Assembly (NCBI GenBank): GCA_965200245.1 | Contig: CBDATS010000004.1 | Coordinates: 1,312,001-1,376,000, forward strand | Direction: 5' to 3' | DNA: 64,000 nt | Origin: a bacterium | GTDB lineage: Bacteria; UBA8248 | In this document: piece after piece, positions 31,758-43,015 of the stretch | Position numbering within the stretch: the first letter of the stretch is position 1 | Layout: each line of letters starts with the position of its first letter | Translations under genes and position numbers: made by a program | Notes under the pieces: generated by a model | Seen by the model: only the letters and a program-made list of their open reading frames with translations | What the model was told of the DNA's origin: nothing | The model's database searches: none

Positions 31758-32795
31758 ATGAACGAGAAGATAGCGGTACTGGGTGCAGGCGCCATTGGCG
31801 GCAGCGTGGCCGCCGATTTGACCGACGCGGGTCTGGACGTCACCGTCATCGACCAATGGCCCGGGCACGTGGAGGTGATGCGGGAGAAGGGTCTGCATGT
31901 CGAGATGCCGGATCTGGACCTGAAAACGCCGCCCCTGCACGCCCACCATCTGTGCGAACTGGCCTCGCTCAGGACGACCTTCGACATTGTTTTGCTCATC
32001 GTGAAATCTTACGACACCCGCTGGATGTGCGAACTCATCAAGCCCTACATCAAGAGCGACGGCATTTTCGTCGGTGCCCAGAACAGCATGAACAACGACA
32101 TGATCGCATCCGTCATCGGGCGCGAACGCGTGGTGGGTTGCTGCGTGGAACTGTCGGCGGAGATATTCACGCCCGGCTTCATCCAACGGAACACCCCGCG
32201 CAAGGGCACCTGGTTCGCCGTGGGTGAACTGGACGGCCCTGTCACCCCGCGCGCAGAGAAGGTCCGCGACATCTTCGCCAAAGTCGGCGTTACCGAGCTG
32301 AGCACGAACATCGAGGGCACCAAGTGGACGAAGCTCATCGCCAACTGCATGACGATGGGACCCTTCGGACTGCTGGGCCTCAGGAACGCAGAGACCCGCG
32401 AGCTTCCGGGCGTCATCGAGCTCTCGGTCGGGCTCGGGAAAGAGGCAATGTCGGTGGGCGAGGCGCTGGGCTACGGAGTGGAACCGGTGTTCGGCCTCTC
32501 TTCGGATGATTTCGCGGGGTCGGACGATCAGGTGCTCATAACGGCCATGAAGACGCTGCTCGGCCACGTGGGGCCCCGCTCGCGCACCGCGCCGATTCAG
32601 GACCACATCAAGGGGCGGAAGAGCGAGATGGAATACATCAACGGTCTCGTCTCGCACCGGGCGAGAGAACTCGGCATCCCCACCCCCTACAACGACGCAG
32701 TGACCGAGATCGCACGGATGATCGACGACGGCGAAATCGAGATGGGCCGATCGAACTACGAACTTCTTCAGGCAAAAGTCGCTGAATTCGTCTAG
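31758..32795 (+). CDS. ketopantoate reductase (ApbA/PanE) family protein
   Basis: GAGAIG, VKSYD, QNS, WTKL, SEMEYING. Confidence 0.85.
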   Translation: MNEKIAVLGAGAIGGSVAADLTDAGLDVTVIDQWPGHVEVMREKGLHVEMPDLDLKTPPLHAHHLCELASLRTTFDIVLLIVKSYDTRWMCELIKPYIKSDGIFVGAQNSMNNDMIASVIGRERVVGCCVELSAEIFTPGFIQRNTPRKGTWFAVGELDGPVTPRAEKVRDIFAKVGVTELSTNIEGTKWTKLIANCMTMGPFGLLGLRNAETRELPGVIELSVGLGKEAMSVGEALGYGVEPVFGLSSDDFAGSDDQVLITAMKTLLGHVGPRSRTAPIQDHIKGRKSEMEYINGLVSHRARELGIPTPYNDAVTEIARMIDDGEIEMGRSNYELLQAKVAEFV

Positions 32796-32805
32796 GGTGC
32801 CCGCC

Positions 32806-33213
32806 ATGCCCTTTTTTCGCTGGGACGACATGAAAAAGCGCAACATCGTCTCGACCACGGATTCGCGTGGCAGCATGATTCCGGGTACATTCACTACCCT
32901 GACACGCTAGGAGCAGCCGCCCGGAATGGCGACCCGTCCGCATAGCCACGGCTGCGAGCAGATGATCCACGTTCTGGAAGGCGTCGGCTGGTTCCGCGTC
33001 GGAGAGGAGGAGAAAACCCTGGGTGCTGGCGAGGTGGTCCACATACCCGTGGGAGTGGAGCATGAACTCAGAAATCCGGGGCCGGACGTTTTCGTCTATC
33101 TTTCCTTCAAAAACCGATCGGAAGACTGGCCGCCGAAAGAAGCGCTCACCGACGGAGAATATGCCGCGCAACCGGACCGAATGAAAAATTCCATTGGGAG
33201 ACAACAGCGATGA
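32806..33213 (+). pseudogene. cupin domain protein with an in-frame TAG
   Basis: ATG 32806, TAG 32908-32910, then PHSHGCEQ...G.VVHIP.GVEH in the same frame. Confidence 0.75.
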
Positions 33214-34364
33214 TTGATCCTTTCCGCATGTGTGCCGTGCCGCGCGTGCGCTTCGGCAGAGGCGAGGCTGCCTTCATCGGCGCCGAAGCGAAGGGACTGG
33301 ACATGACGCGTCCCATGCTGCTCGCGGATCCCGGTCTTTCGGGCGCAGGTGTGCTCGATCCCGTGACGGAAGGCCTCGATGCGGCGGGTGTCCCATACCG
33401 TCCCTATGAAGATGTGGAATCCAACCCATCGGATCCGAGTATCACGCGCGCCCAGGCGTTTTATGAAGCGAACGAATGTTCCGGCATCATCGCCGTGGGC
33501 GGGGGAAGCGCCATCGATACCGCCAAGGCGATAGGGGCACTTCTCACAAACGGCGGAAAGATAAGCGACTATTACGGGGCGGGCACGGTGGAAAAATCCA
33601 TTCCACCATTCATCACTGTCCCGACCACGGCGGGCACGGGCAGCGAGGTGACGCGCGCCTCCATCATCACCGACATCGAACGCGGAACCAAGTCGAGCAT
33701 CCACAGCGACGCGCTCTACGCCGATGTGGCGGTGGTGGATTCCTCCCTTCTTGCGACGCTTCCGAAATTCTTCGCCGCCGGCGCGTTGATGGACGCACTC
33801 ACCCACGCGGTGGAATCTCTCGGTTCCCCGCGCGCGAACCCCTGGTCGCAGGCGCTCTGTTTTCAGGCCATCGGCCTGATCGGCCGGAACGCGCGTCGTT
33901 TCGTCGCCGATCCCGCAGACCCCGACGCCTCCGACCCTCTGGCACTGGCGGCGTGTCTTGCCGGCGCTTCCTTTACGAATACGGGGCTCGGCATCGTGCA
34001 CGGCCTCACGCACCCGGTCTTCAACTTCTTCGGCGGCCACCACGGAACCACGAACGGAATACTCCTGGCCCCCGTGATGCGCTTTAACCTGCCCGCCATG
34101 CGCGATTCCTACGCCCGGCTGGCCCCGTTGCTGGTGAATCCTGACGAGGGAGCAGACGATACACAGGATGCGGAACTCGCCATCGAGCGCGTCCGTGCCC
34201 TGGCGAACGACATCGATATCCCCGATTCGCTCGCGGCCATCGGCGCCAGGGAGGAATATCTCGACCGCATGGCACATGAGGCGGCCGCCAGTTCCACGGT
34301 AGTGACGAACCCCGCGCCCGCCGATGCGGAAGACATGAAGCGGATTTATCTGGAACTGCTGTAG
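33210..34364 (+). CDS. iron-containing alcohol dehydrogenase
   Basis: GGGSAIDTAK, PTTAGTGSE, DALTHAVE, HG. Confidence 0.92.
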   Translation: MIDPFRMCAVPRVRFGRGEAAFIGAEAKGLDMTRPMLLADPGLSGAGVLDPVTEGLDAAGVPYRPYEDVESNPSDPSITRAQAFYEANECSGIIAVGGGSAIDTAKAIGALLTNGGKISDYYGAGTVEKSIPPFITVPTTAGTGSEVTRASIITDIERGTKSSIHSDALYADVAVVDSSLLATLPKFFAAGALMDALTHAVESLGSPRANPWSQALCFQAIGLIGRNARRFVADPADPDASDPLALAACLAGASFTNTGLGIVHGLTHPVFNFFGGHHGTTNGILLAPVMRFNLPAMRDSYARLAPLLVNPDEGADDTQDAELAIERVRALANDIDIPDSLAAIGAREEYLDRMAHEAAASSTVVTNPAPADAEDMKRIYLELL

Positions 34365-34377
34365 GCTTTTTTGCGGT

Positions 34378-34998
34378 TCATGGAACCCAGCGACGCGCTT
34401 CTTCCCGGATCGCCTGCGCTTTTTCGGTTCCTTCCATCACCAGGTTCCCGGACGGCGGGCTGCCGCTGAATTTCTCGTTGCGCCAACAGTGATAGCGAAG
34501 TGCCCTGGGGTATGGTGTCAGGTCCATCGCCTCGAAGTAGGAAGCTGGTACCTCACCCGGCTTGTGGGGGTCCATGCGGTCTTTCTCGTAAATCATCGTG
34601 CGCTTGATGACGCGCCAGCGCCCGTCCCTGCGCTCGAACAGATCCACCACACTGCTCCACGTCGAGAAATCGAAATCGTAGCCGTCCATCGTCCTGCGCT
34701 GGTGCAGGGTGAGGTAATACTCGCAGACGCCCCGCTCGCCGTTCACGCGGACGCGCACGTTGCCCGCAATGTGTTTCTGGGAGTCGTCGGGGTGATGGCC
34801 GTGCATCATATCCCTCGATTCGGTGATGAACGCATGCGCGTTGCCCATGAACCATGACGTGGTGATGTCTGCATCCGGGTGGAAGCAATCCAGCAGTCCA
34901 TCCCAATCGCCCGTATCCCGGCAGATGTGGGAGAACATGGATGTCTCCATCATTTCAAGCTTGTCCGCCGCCGCGCGCAGCCTTGCATCATCGTTCAT
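34378..34998 (-). CDS. SnoaL/NTF2-like protein
   Basis: RDTGDWD...FHPDA...ERRDGRWRV. Confidence 0.75.
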   Translation of the reverse strand: MNDDARLRAAADKLEMMETSMFSHICRDTGDWDGLLDCFHPDADITTSWFMGNAHAFITESRDMMHGHHPDDSQKHIAGNVRVRVNGERGVCEYYLTLHQRRTMDGYDFDFSTWSSVVDLFERRDGRWRVIKRTMIYEKDRMDPHKPGEVPASYFEAMDLTPYPRALRYHCWRNEKFSGSPPSGNLVMEGTEKAQAIREEARRWVP

Positions 34999-35059
34999 CC
35001 AATCCTCTCCTCTCGCGGGTATCGCTCGACGTTCGTTGTTTTTCTTCCCTGTATCGCGC

Positions 35060-36847
35060 CTATAGAACAGTTCGCGCGCCGATGGCCGGCTCTCCGTGCC
35101 CGAGGCCGGGCAGTTCCCATACGCCGGAGCCTGCCGGGTTCTGTTCTCCCTGGATGTTCGCGTCGATCACGTAGGGACGCCCGGCCTTCACCGCCTCATC
35201 CACCGCCTCACTCAAATCGGCTGCCTTGTCCACCCGCACGCCCGGTATGCCCGCAGATTCGGCCATGGCGGCGAAATCGGGGTTGTAGGGCCTGGCGGAA
35301 GCGTGTTCCTGGAAATCTGTGGCCAGTTCCCGGCCATCCAGATAGCCCCGCTGAAGTCCCCGGATGGAGGCAAAGGCGTAGTTGTTCCAGACGACCCAGA
35401 CGGCGGGGATGTCGTATTCCACCGCCGTCATGATTGCACTCGGGTGCATGGCGAAAGCACCGTCTCCACACACTGCGACGCAGGGTCTCTGCGGGGCGGC
35501 CAGCCTGGCCCCAAGCACGCCCGCCACGCCGAAGCCCATCGCGCCGTATCCCATGGAACCGATGAGCGATTGCGGCCCCCTGGGGCGGCAATACTGAATC
35601 AGCCAGTTGTGGTGAATGCCGACATCGCTGATGAGGATGGCGTCATCGGGCAAAGCCCTGTCGATTTCATGTGCCGCCCGCTGGGGATGGATGGGTTCGG
35701 TGTCATCGCGGTAGCCGGGAGCCGTGAACTCCTCCCATTCGTTTCGCCAGTTGTCGATATTGCGAAGCCAGTCTGTCCGCGTCGCAGGGATTTCAGCACC
35801 CTGATCGCTGCCGAGCGCTTCGTTCAGCTGATCGAGAAACACGTCCACATCCGCCATGAGGCCCAGTGTCACCGGGTAGTTCCGCGCGATCTCCTCGGGA
35901 TCGATATCCACATGGATCAGCCTGGTGGGCGGGATGTTGAATGAATAGCCGGGCAGCCAACTGCTCGAAGTGCGATCATCGAATCGGACGCCGAGCGCAA
36001 GCAAAACGTCCGCCTGGCGCGCGGCGTGGTTCGCCGGATAGGTACCGTTTCTGGCGATGAGCCCCAGGGCCAGGGGATGATTCGCGTCGATGGCCCCCAT
36101 CCCGCTCGATGAACACGCCACCGGGATCTGAAGCCTTTCGGCGAGCGCGACCATCTTCGCGGCGGCACCTGCGTATTTCACGCCCTGACCCACCAGAATC
36201 ACGGGTCGCCCGGCGGAGGAGAGCATCTGCGCTGCCTTTTTCACTCCTTCGGGATCGGCCCCGCAACGGCAGGATATGTTCGCGTTCCACTCCGAGGCCT
36301 GCGGCATGTCGACCTCGGCCTCTTCCTTGAAAATGTCGAAAGGCACGTCGAGTACGACGGGGCCGCGCCTGCCTGTCATCATCGTCTTCCACGCCTGGCG
36401 CGTGAACTGGGGTACCATCTCCGCCCGGGTGGGCTGGTACACCCGCTTGCAATAAGCCTGAACGGTCGAGGGGAAATCCGCCTGGTAGTGGCGGTAGGTT
36501 TCCTGGAAAGCACCCCGGTTGAACTGGTTGGTGGGAATGTTGCCCGTTACGGCGAGAAAGGGCACGGAATCAAAAAAGGCGTTGGCCAGGGAAATCGGCA
36601 TGTTGGCTGAACCCGGCCCGCAGGAGGTGAACGTCGCTACCGGCTTGCCCGACACCCGGTAATACACGTCGGCCATGAAACCGGAGAGCGACTCGTGGCG
36701 CACCGAGAGTGTCTTGATCTCGTCTGCGCGTTCGTAAAGCGCGTCCAGAAAGCTGATGTTCCCGTGGCCGCACAGGCCGAAGATATAGGGAACATTTTCC
36801 TGAATCAGATAGTCGACGATGATTTGGCCACCATTCATGCGTGTCAA
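35060..36847 (-). CDS. ThDP-dependent enzyme (acetolactate synthase-like)
   Basis: GLCGHGN, RHE, SCGPG, GDGAF...NN. Confidence 0.9.
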   Translation of the reverse strand: MTRMNGGQIIVDYLIQENVPYIFGLCGHGNISFLDALYERADEIKTLSVRHESLSGFMADVYYRVSGKPVATFTSCGPGSANMPISLANAFFDSVPFLAVTGNIPTNQFNRGAFQETYRHYQADFPSTVQAYCKRVYQPTRAEMVPQFTRQAWKTMMTGRRGPVVLDVPFDIFKEEAEVDMPQASEWNANISCRCGADPEGVKKAAQMLSSAGRPVILVGQGVKYAGAAAKMVALAERLQIPVACSSSGMGAIDANHPLALGLIARNGTYPANHAARQADVLLALGVRFDDRTSSSWLPGYSFNIPPTRLIHVDIDPEEIARNYPVTLGLMADVDVFLDQLNEALGSDQGAEIPATRTDWLRNIDNWRNEWEEFTAPGYRDDTEPIHPQRAAHEIDRALPDDAILISDVGIHHNWLIQYCRPRGPQSLIGSMGYGAMGFGVAGVLGARLAAPQRPCVAVCGDGAFAMHPSAIMTAVEYDIPAVWVVWNNYAFASIRGLQRGYLDGRELATDFQEHASARPYNPDFAAMAESAGIPGVRVDKAADLSEAVDEAVKAGRPYVIDANIQGEQNPAGSGVWELPGLGHGEPAIGARTVL

Positions 36848-37062
36848 AATACGGCTCCTTGTAAGATATATTCGGGAGTTATACGATAAGACTTTAGGAA
36901 TTCACATGAACCCTGTCAATTTGGCGCGAACGTATGTCTCGGGCGCAGGGATTTCTGCAGTTCGAATTCTCGGTTACCACCGTATTTCGATATTGATGAT
37001 CGAAGCGTCGTTTTCCCTGACGGGAGTTTTCATCCCTTTCATTCTTCGAGGAGAGCAAAATC

Positions 37063-38052
37063 ATGACTGGAATCAGATGGACATCACTTCTGGGCGCGGT
37101 GGCATTTCTGTTTGCCGCGCAGTTCGGCGCAGTGTTGCCGGAAGCATCGGCCCAGCAACGCATCACCATGAAGGGTGGCCAGATTCGCGGCGCCTACAAC
37201 AGATGGGCCAGCGCATACGCCGTATACCTGACGAAAGAGCTCAAGGGTGTGCAGGTTTCTTCCGAATCCTCCACCGGCTCTTCCGAGAACGTGCGCGCGG
37301 TCAACTCAGGCTCCGTGGAAATCGCCCTGACGTTTTCGAGCGACGCCTTCCTGGGCTATCGGGGCAAGATGCATTTCAGGAAACCCCAGACGAACATGCG
37401 AACCATGACGTATCTTTTCGGTTCAGTCGGCCACCTGCTCGTGCCTGCGAACAGCGACGTCAGGAAAATTGAGGATTTGAAGGGAAAGACCATCTCGATG
37501 GGCGGCCCGGGATCGGGCTCTGCGAAGAACCTCACCGCACTCCTCAAGCATCTGGGAATCTGGGGCACGTTCAAGCCCGTTTACCTGGGCCGCAAAAGCC
37601 CCGAGGCCTTGCGAAACGGAAAGATCGCCGGATACAACTGGCACCCGGGTATCGGCAACGCGATGATTCGCGATACCGCCACCATGATGAAGCTCCGCTT
37701 CATCAACATGGACGCCCCGGCCCGAAAGTCCGGGTTCTATAAAAAATTCCCGTTCTTCGGCCCCACGGTAATTCCGGCGGGCGTCTACCCGAACGTGAAC
37801 GTGGACACTCCCACCTTCGGTACCGGCACCGTCATGATCGCGGGAAGTCAGGTTTCTGCCGATCTGGTTTACAACATCATGAAAGCCATGTAATCCGAAA
37901 AAGGACGCAAATACATTCTCTCCGCTGCTGGGAAGGTGGCGAAGGAACTTTCGCTCAAAAACGGTCTCAAGCTCATCAACGCGCCGCTTCACAAAGGGGC
38001 GATCCGGTTCTGGAAAGAAGCGGGCAAGAAGATTCCGAAAGAATTGATGTAG
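37063..38052 (+). pseudogene. TAXI-family TRAP solute receptor with a premature TAA
   Basis: STGSSEN, GGPGSGS; frame continues after TAA 37891-37893 to PLHKGAIRFWKE and TAG 38052. Confidence 0.8.
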
Positions 38053-38073
38053 CCTCTTTGAAGTGAAGAGAAT

Positions 38074-38113
38074 GAAACCTTTCACGCGGGGTTTTCCCCG
38101 CGTGAAAGGTTTC
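38074..38113. promoter_or_regulatory. 18-bp perfect intergenic hairpin between TRAP receptor and permease
   Basis: GAAACCTTTCACGCGGGG-TTTT-CCCCGCGTGAAAGGTTTC. Confidence 0.6.
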
Positions 38114-38124
38114 CGGAGGTCGCC

Positions 38125-40266
38125 ATGGGCGCAAGCGACGATGTCCAGGTCGCGACCGAGCTGAGCGGAAGCCGCGCCTCGGAACTGCGGGGCGCATGGA
38201 AGCATTTCCACCAAGCCGTCTGCGTCGCCTTCGCACTGTTCGCCCTTTGGGCGGCGGGGCCTGGAATTCCCGAAGACAATCTGCACCTGGGCATTTTCAC
38301 TCTTGTCATGTGGGTCATGAGTTTCCTCGTCTATCCAGGGGGCAGGGAAACAGCCTGGAAACCGCCCGATATACCCGATTGGGGAGTAGCGCTCGGATTG
38401 GTGGCGCTGCTCGCCACAGCGATATATCGAGCGGAAGGCGTTTCGGAAGAAGGCGCGCTGGCGACGGACTGGGCTGTGTGGGCTGGTTGCATCGTCCTCG
38501 GCGGACTCTCGCTCGTGCGTCCTGGAGCACTGAATCTCGCACTGATGGGGCTGACCTGTCTTTGTCTTGGCTATTTCGTATCCAACTACCTGGAGCTTCA
38601 GGACAGAACGGGAGCCTGGCATCAGACGGACTTCTGGATGGCGTTCGTGGCCATCGTACTCGCCCTCGAGGCGGCGAGGCGCGGGCTGGGGCTATGGATT
38701 CCGGCCATTGCTGTCATCGCGTTGCTGTTCGCCCATTTCGGCGCATATGCGCCCGGTCAACTTGCCCATCGAGGTTCCACGGTTCATCAAATCGTAAACT
38801 ACACTTTCTGCTCCCAGGAAGGGATCTTCGGGGTCATGACTTCCGTCATGGCCAGTTACGTCTTGATATTCATCTATCTGGGCGCGTTCATGAATCAGTC
38901 GGGAATGGGCAGATTCTTCATCGAAATGCCTATGGCGCTCGCCGGTCGAACGGTGGGCGGACCCGCCAAGGTGGCGGTCATCGCATCCTCCATATTCGGC
39001 TCGATATCGGGGAGCAGCATCGCGAACATCGTCTCGACGGGCACCTTCACCATACCCCTGATGAAAAAGGTGGGCTTCCGCCCCCACGTGGCGGGAGCGG
39101 TGGAAAACAGCGCTTCTCTGGGCGGTCAGCTGCTGCCCCCCGTGATGGGTTCCGGCGCGTTCGTGATGGCGGAGATAACGGGCGTGCCCTACGTCCGGAT
39201 CATGGCCATCGCCGTGGTACCCGCGTTGCTCTATCTCCTGTCGATCAGCGCTATCGTTCACTTCGAAGCGAAACGACGGGGGATCCAGGGAATCGCCGGG
39301 GATGAACTTCCCGAACCGAAAGAGGTTTTCGCATCCGGCTGGTTCCATCTTTTGCCGCTGGCAATTCTTCTGGCTTTCCTGATCGCCGGTTATTCTCCGG
39401 ACTGGTGCGCTGTCATGGCCATCTTTTCCATCCTGGTGATCAATTGGATTCGCATGGGGTTGGCGCGGTTTTTTCCGAAACGGTTTCCGGGGTCCATAGA
39501 GCGGCTGAACATGCAAGGCGTATTCAACGCCATGGTGGAGGGTACCCGGAATTCTCTCGTCGTAGGCTCGGCAGCCGCCGCAGTGGGAATCATCGTCGGA
39601 ATGGTGGCGCTCACAGGTCTCGGACTGAAGATGAGCTACCTGCTCGTGGCGCTATCGGGCGGCAGCCTCCTGTTCGCCCTGTTTCTGGTGGCGGTGGCAT
39701 CCCTTGTCCTGGGCATGGCGCTGCCGATTACCGCCTCTTACCTCGTATTGGCCGTTCTCGCAGGACCCGCCCTTGAAAATCTGGGCGTTCCCCTCATCGC
39801 CGCGCACATGATCGTCTTCTGGCTGAGCTAGGACTCGAACATCACGCCGCCGGTATGTCTTGGGGCATACGTCGCTGCTTCCATCGCCTCGGCGGACCCC
39901 TGGAAGACGGGCTGGGCCAGTTTTCGGTTCGCCAAAATGCTCTACGTGATGCCTCTTCTGTTTGCCTACACACCCATACTATTGACCGGATCGGTGCCGC
40001 TCACGATCTGGACGATGGGGGCGGCCCTGTTCGGCGTCATTGCGTTTTCCGCATGGACGGTGGGCTTTTTGGGGAGGAAGACCTCTCCGATCGAATGGCT
40101 GCTTTTGGGTTCTGCCGCCCTGTTTTGCTTTCTGCCGGCAAAATTTCAACTGCCAGGGGGTTTCTCCGCATACTTCGCAAACGTGGCGGGAGTTGTTCTT
40201 CTGTTCTCAATCCATGCCTGGCAAAAATGGTGTGCACCGGGGAAAGCCCCCGAACTACCAGCCTAG
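38125..40266 (+). pseudogene. TRAP 4TM/12TM fused permease with an in-frame TAG
   Basis: GGPAKVAV, GGQLLPPVMG; WLS*DSNITPPVC across TAG 39829-39831. Confidence 0.85.
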
Positions 40267-41157
40267 CGGTTCGTCCTCGAAAATCCCGAGCGATTCGAGC
40301 GTCTTTTGCGTGCAGGCCCTGGCGTCGTCGTCCAGAGGGAGAATGGGTTTTCGCGTCTCGCCCACGGGCCTGCACATGAGATCCATCGCGTATTTCACCG
40401 TCGCGGGGTAGTTCGTCTGCAACAGGTGCAAAAGGATGTCCATTCTATATTGCAAGGTCCGCGCTTTTTCATGATCTCCCGAGACGCAGGCATCATAAAG
40501 GGAGAGAACCATCCTGGGGGCGACTTCCCCGCAGTTGGAAAACGACCCCGAACCGCCGACGGGAATCGACGTGAGAAGCCATTCGATTCCGGTGAACACG
40601 GAAAAATCCATCCTTGCGGCCGAGGCGATGCGGCACGCGCCCGTAAAGAAATTCATGTCGAAGCTCGCGTCTTTCAGGGCGTGGAAGTTCGGGAGTTTTT
40701 CGAGCATCTCTTCCAGCATCCTGTGGGATATCGACACCTGAAGTCTCGGGTTGTTATAGGCGATCAACATGCTATCCACGCACCTTCCCATCGTGAGGAA
40801 ATAATCCAGATGGGCTTCTTCCTCGGGCGCCCAGTGGTAGGGTGAGAGCACGACGATTCCCGTCGCTCCCGCCGCCTCTGCATGTCTCGCCAGGCCGATG
40901 GAATTATCCGGTCCTGAAGCGGTCACGTTCACGAACACGGGTACGCGACCTGCCGCAGCGTCCACCAGAAGACGCGCCAGTTCCTTTCGTTCACTTTCAT
41001 TCAGGTTCAGGGACTCGCCGATGTGCATGGGATGGGCGATGAAAGGAAATCCCTGTTCGATCAGAAAATCGACTTGTTTCGCGAAGGTATCGTAATCAAC
41101 GCCGCCGGCGGGATGGAACGCCGTCGTGGGTGCTCCCATGATGCCCTTGAGCTTCAT
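40255..41157 (-). CDS. DapA/DHDPS-family aldolase
   Basis: GES..L...ER, YNNP, LKDAS. Confidence 0.85.
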   Translation of the reverse strand: MKLKGIMGAPTTAFHPAGGVDYDTFAKQVDFLIEQGFPFIAHPMHIGESLNLNESERKELARLLVDAAAGRVPVFVNVTASGPDNSIGLARHAEAAGATGIVVLSPYHWAPEEEAHLDYFLTMGRCVDSMLIAYNNPRLQVSISHRMLEEMLEKLPNFHALKDASFDMNFFTGACRIASAARMDFSVFTGIEWLLTSIPVGGSGSFSNCGEVAPRMVLSLYDACVSGDHEKARTLQYRMDILLHLLQTNYPATVKYAMDLMCRPVGETRKPILPLDDDARACTQKTLESLGIFEDEPLGW

Positions 41158-41226
41158 CCGGCCTCCCTCCCTCTGGGTAGTGGATTCCGAATTTCATGCG
41201 CCATAGGCGCCTTCCTGTTTTCAGGT

Positions 41227-42987
41227 CTAGACCGAGAGTTTTTCCATGCTTCCGAGTTTTCTGAAAATAATCGTTCCCAGCAGGAGCAGCGCGGTCTGCA
41301 CGAGAGCGAATGCCGCCACGACGCCCAAAGCCTCGTTTTCCTGCAGGATGTACAGTGCCACCGCCATGGGAGCACTGTCTTCCGTCGCCAGGAGCACGGA
41401 TACCGGCAATTCCCTGATGAACATGATAAACAGCATCAGATAGGCCGCAAAGATGCCCGGCCTCAACAATGGGACCGTGATCTTCCTGATCGTCGCTAGG
41501 AACGAGGAACCGCATATTCTGGCGCTTTCCTCGAGTTCGGAACTCAACGATTGCAGCACCGAAGATATTGTTCTGAGGCCATAGGGCAGATAGCGAGTCA
41601 TATACGCCATCATGAGCAATAGCATGGGCAATGCATAGAGTGGTGTCTTGATCCATGTGATGAGAAAGGCCATGCCCATGATTAGACCCGGCACGCCAAT
41701 GGGCAGGGTGCTCAGGTAATCGACCGCGCCACTGAGCTTCTTGTTCCTGCCCCTGAGAATCACCATGGAGAGGAACGTACACAGGACCACCGTGATGAGT
41801 CCTCCCACAAGCCCGAGGATGAGACTGTTCTTGGTGGCGCGGATGGCGTATTCGTATTCAAACAGAACATACGCCCAGTTGTAGATGGAAAGCTGGCTCC
41901 AGCGGAAGCCGCCCAGCCAGGCGCGGTTGAACGACGCCAGCAGGAGCGCGCCCAGCGGGAGGATGACTGCCAGCAGTATGTACATGAAATTGATGGCCAA
42001 TGCGACGTACTTCCATTTGCCGAGGGAAACCCGGCTTGGACGATAGCCTTTTCCTGTCACGGTCACGTAACTTCTTGGCGCGATAATCTTTCGCTGGATG
42101 TAGAGGCCCAAGGCGGTGAATATCATCAAGACGCTTCCCAGGGCGGCCGCTCCGCCGATGTCCAGGGGATATTCTTCCATTTTCGTATAGATGATTGTCG
42201 AGAGCGTCGATATTCTCGCGATCGGACCCAATAGACTGGGTACACCGAAGACACCCATGCTCACCACGAAAACAATGACTGCCCCTGAGAGCATGGCGGG
42301 CGTGGAAAGCGGAATCGTTATCCTCAGGGCCGTGCGCAAAACGCCGGTCCCGCAAACCCGCGCGGATTCCTCGAGAGCGGGATCCATCCGATTCAGGGAA
42401 CCTATGGTGAAGAGGTACATGTAAGGCGTATAAAACAGCGCCATCACCATGATGATCCCGCCCATTGAATAGATGTTGAAAGGCGGGGCCGACAATCCGA
42501 AGAGATCGATCATCCAGCGATTCAATATGCCCGTCCTCGGGGCGGCCAGTGCCCACCAGGCCACAGCCCCCAGAAACGAGGACAGGAAGAAGGGAGTCAG
42601 GGTCAACGCTTCCAGAGGTCCCCGGAAAGGCATATCGGTGCGGGCATGGAACCAGGCAAGCGAAACGCCTGTCAGGCAAGAAAAAATTGACGTTCCGAGC
42701 GCAATGATCAAGGTGTTCAGCGAAGCGTCGAACACCTCGGAGGTAGAGAAAGTCTTCGTGAAGTTCGTGAGCGTAAATATGGATTTCCCGGCTTCGGGGT
42801 GGGTCACGAACGCGCTGTATATAAACACCGATACGGGCAGGATCGCCAGAACGGTAAGCAGGCCCAGCGAACCGAGTTTCAGTGAATTTTCAGAGTTGAA
42901 GAACCACCCTGCAAGGGAGGAGGCCGCAGCGGGGGAGCCTGCTCCGGCGCCACGGACCTCCATCCCCGATTTCGGTGCGTTGCTCAA
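41227..42987 (-). CDS. ABC transporter permease (FbpB-like, duplicated domains)
   Basis: two LEESAR..G EAA loops. Confidence 0.9.
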   Translation of the reverse strand: MSNAPKSGMEVRGAGAGSPAAASSLAGWFFNSENSLKLGSLGLLTVLAILPVSVFIYSAFVTHPEAGKSIFTLTNFTKTFSTSEVFDASLNTLIIALGTSIFSCLTGVSLAWFHARTDMPFRGPLEALTLTPFFLSSFLGAVAWWALAAPRTGILNRWMIDLFGLSAPPFNIYSMGGIIMVMALFYTPYMYLFTIGSLNRMDPALEESARVCGTGVLRTALRITIPLSTPAMLSGAVIVFVVSMGVFGVPSLLGPIARISTLSTIIYTKMEEYPLDIGGAAALGSVLMIFTALGLYIQRKIIAPRSYVTVTGKGYRPSRVSLGKWKYVALAINFMYILLAVILPLGALLLASFNRAWLGGFRWSQLSIYNWAYVLFEYEYAIRATKNSLILGLVGGLITVVLCTFLSMVILRGRNKKLSGAVDYLSTLPIGVPGLIMGMAFLITWIKTPLYALPMLLLMMAYMTRYLPYGLRTISSVLQSLSSELEESARICGSSFLATIRKITVPLLRPGIFAAYLMLFIMFIRELPVSVLLATEDSAPMAVALYILQENEALGVVAAFALVQTALLLLGTIIFRKLGSMEKLSV

Positions 42988-43015
42988 TTTCTGATTCTCC
43001 GGGAATTACGTACCA

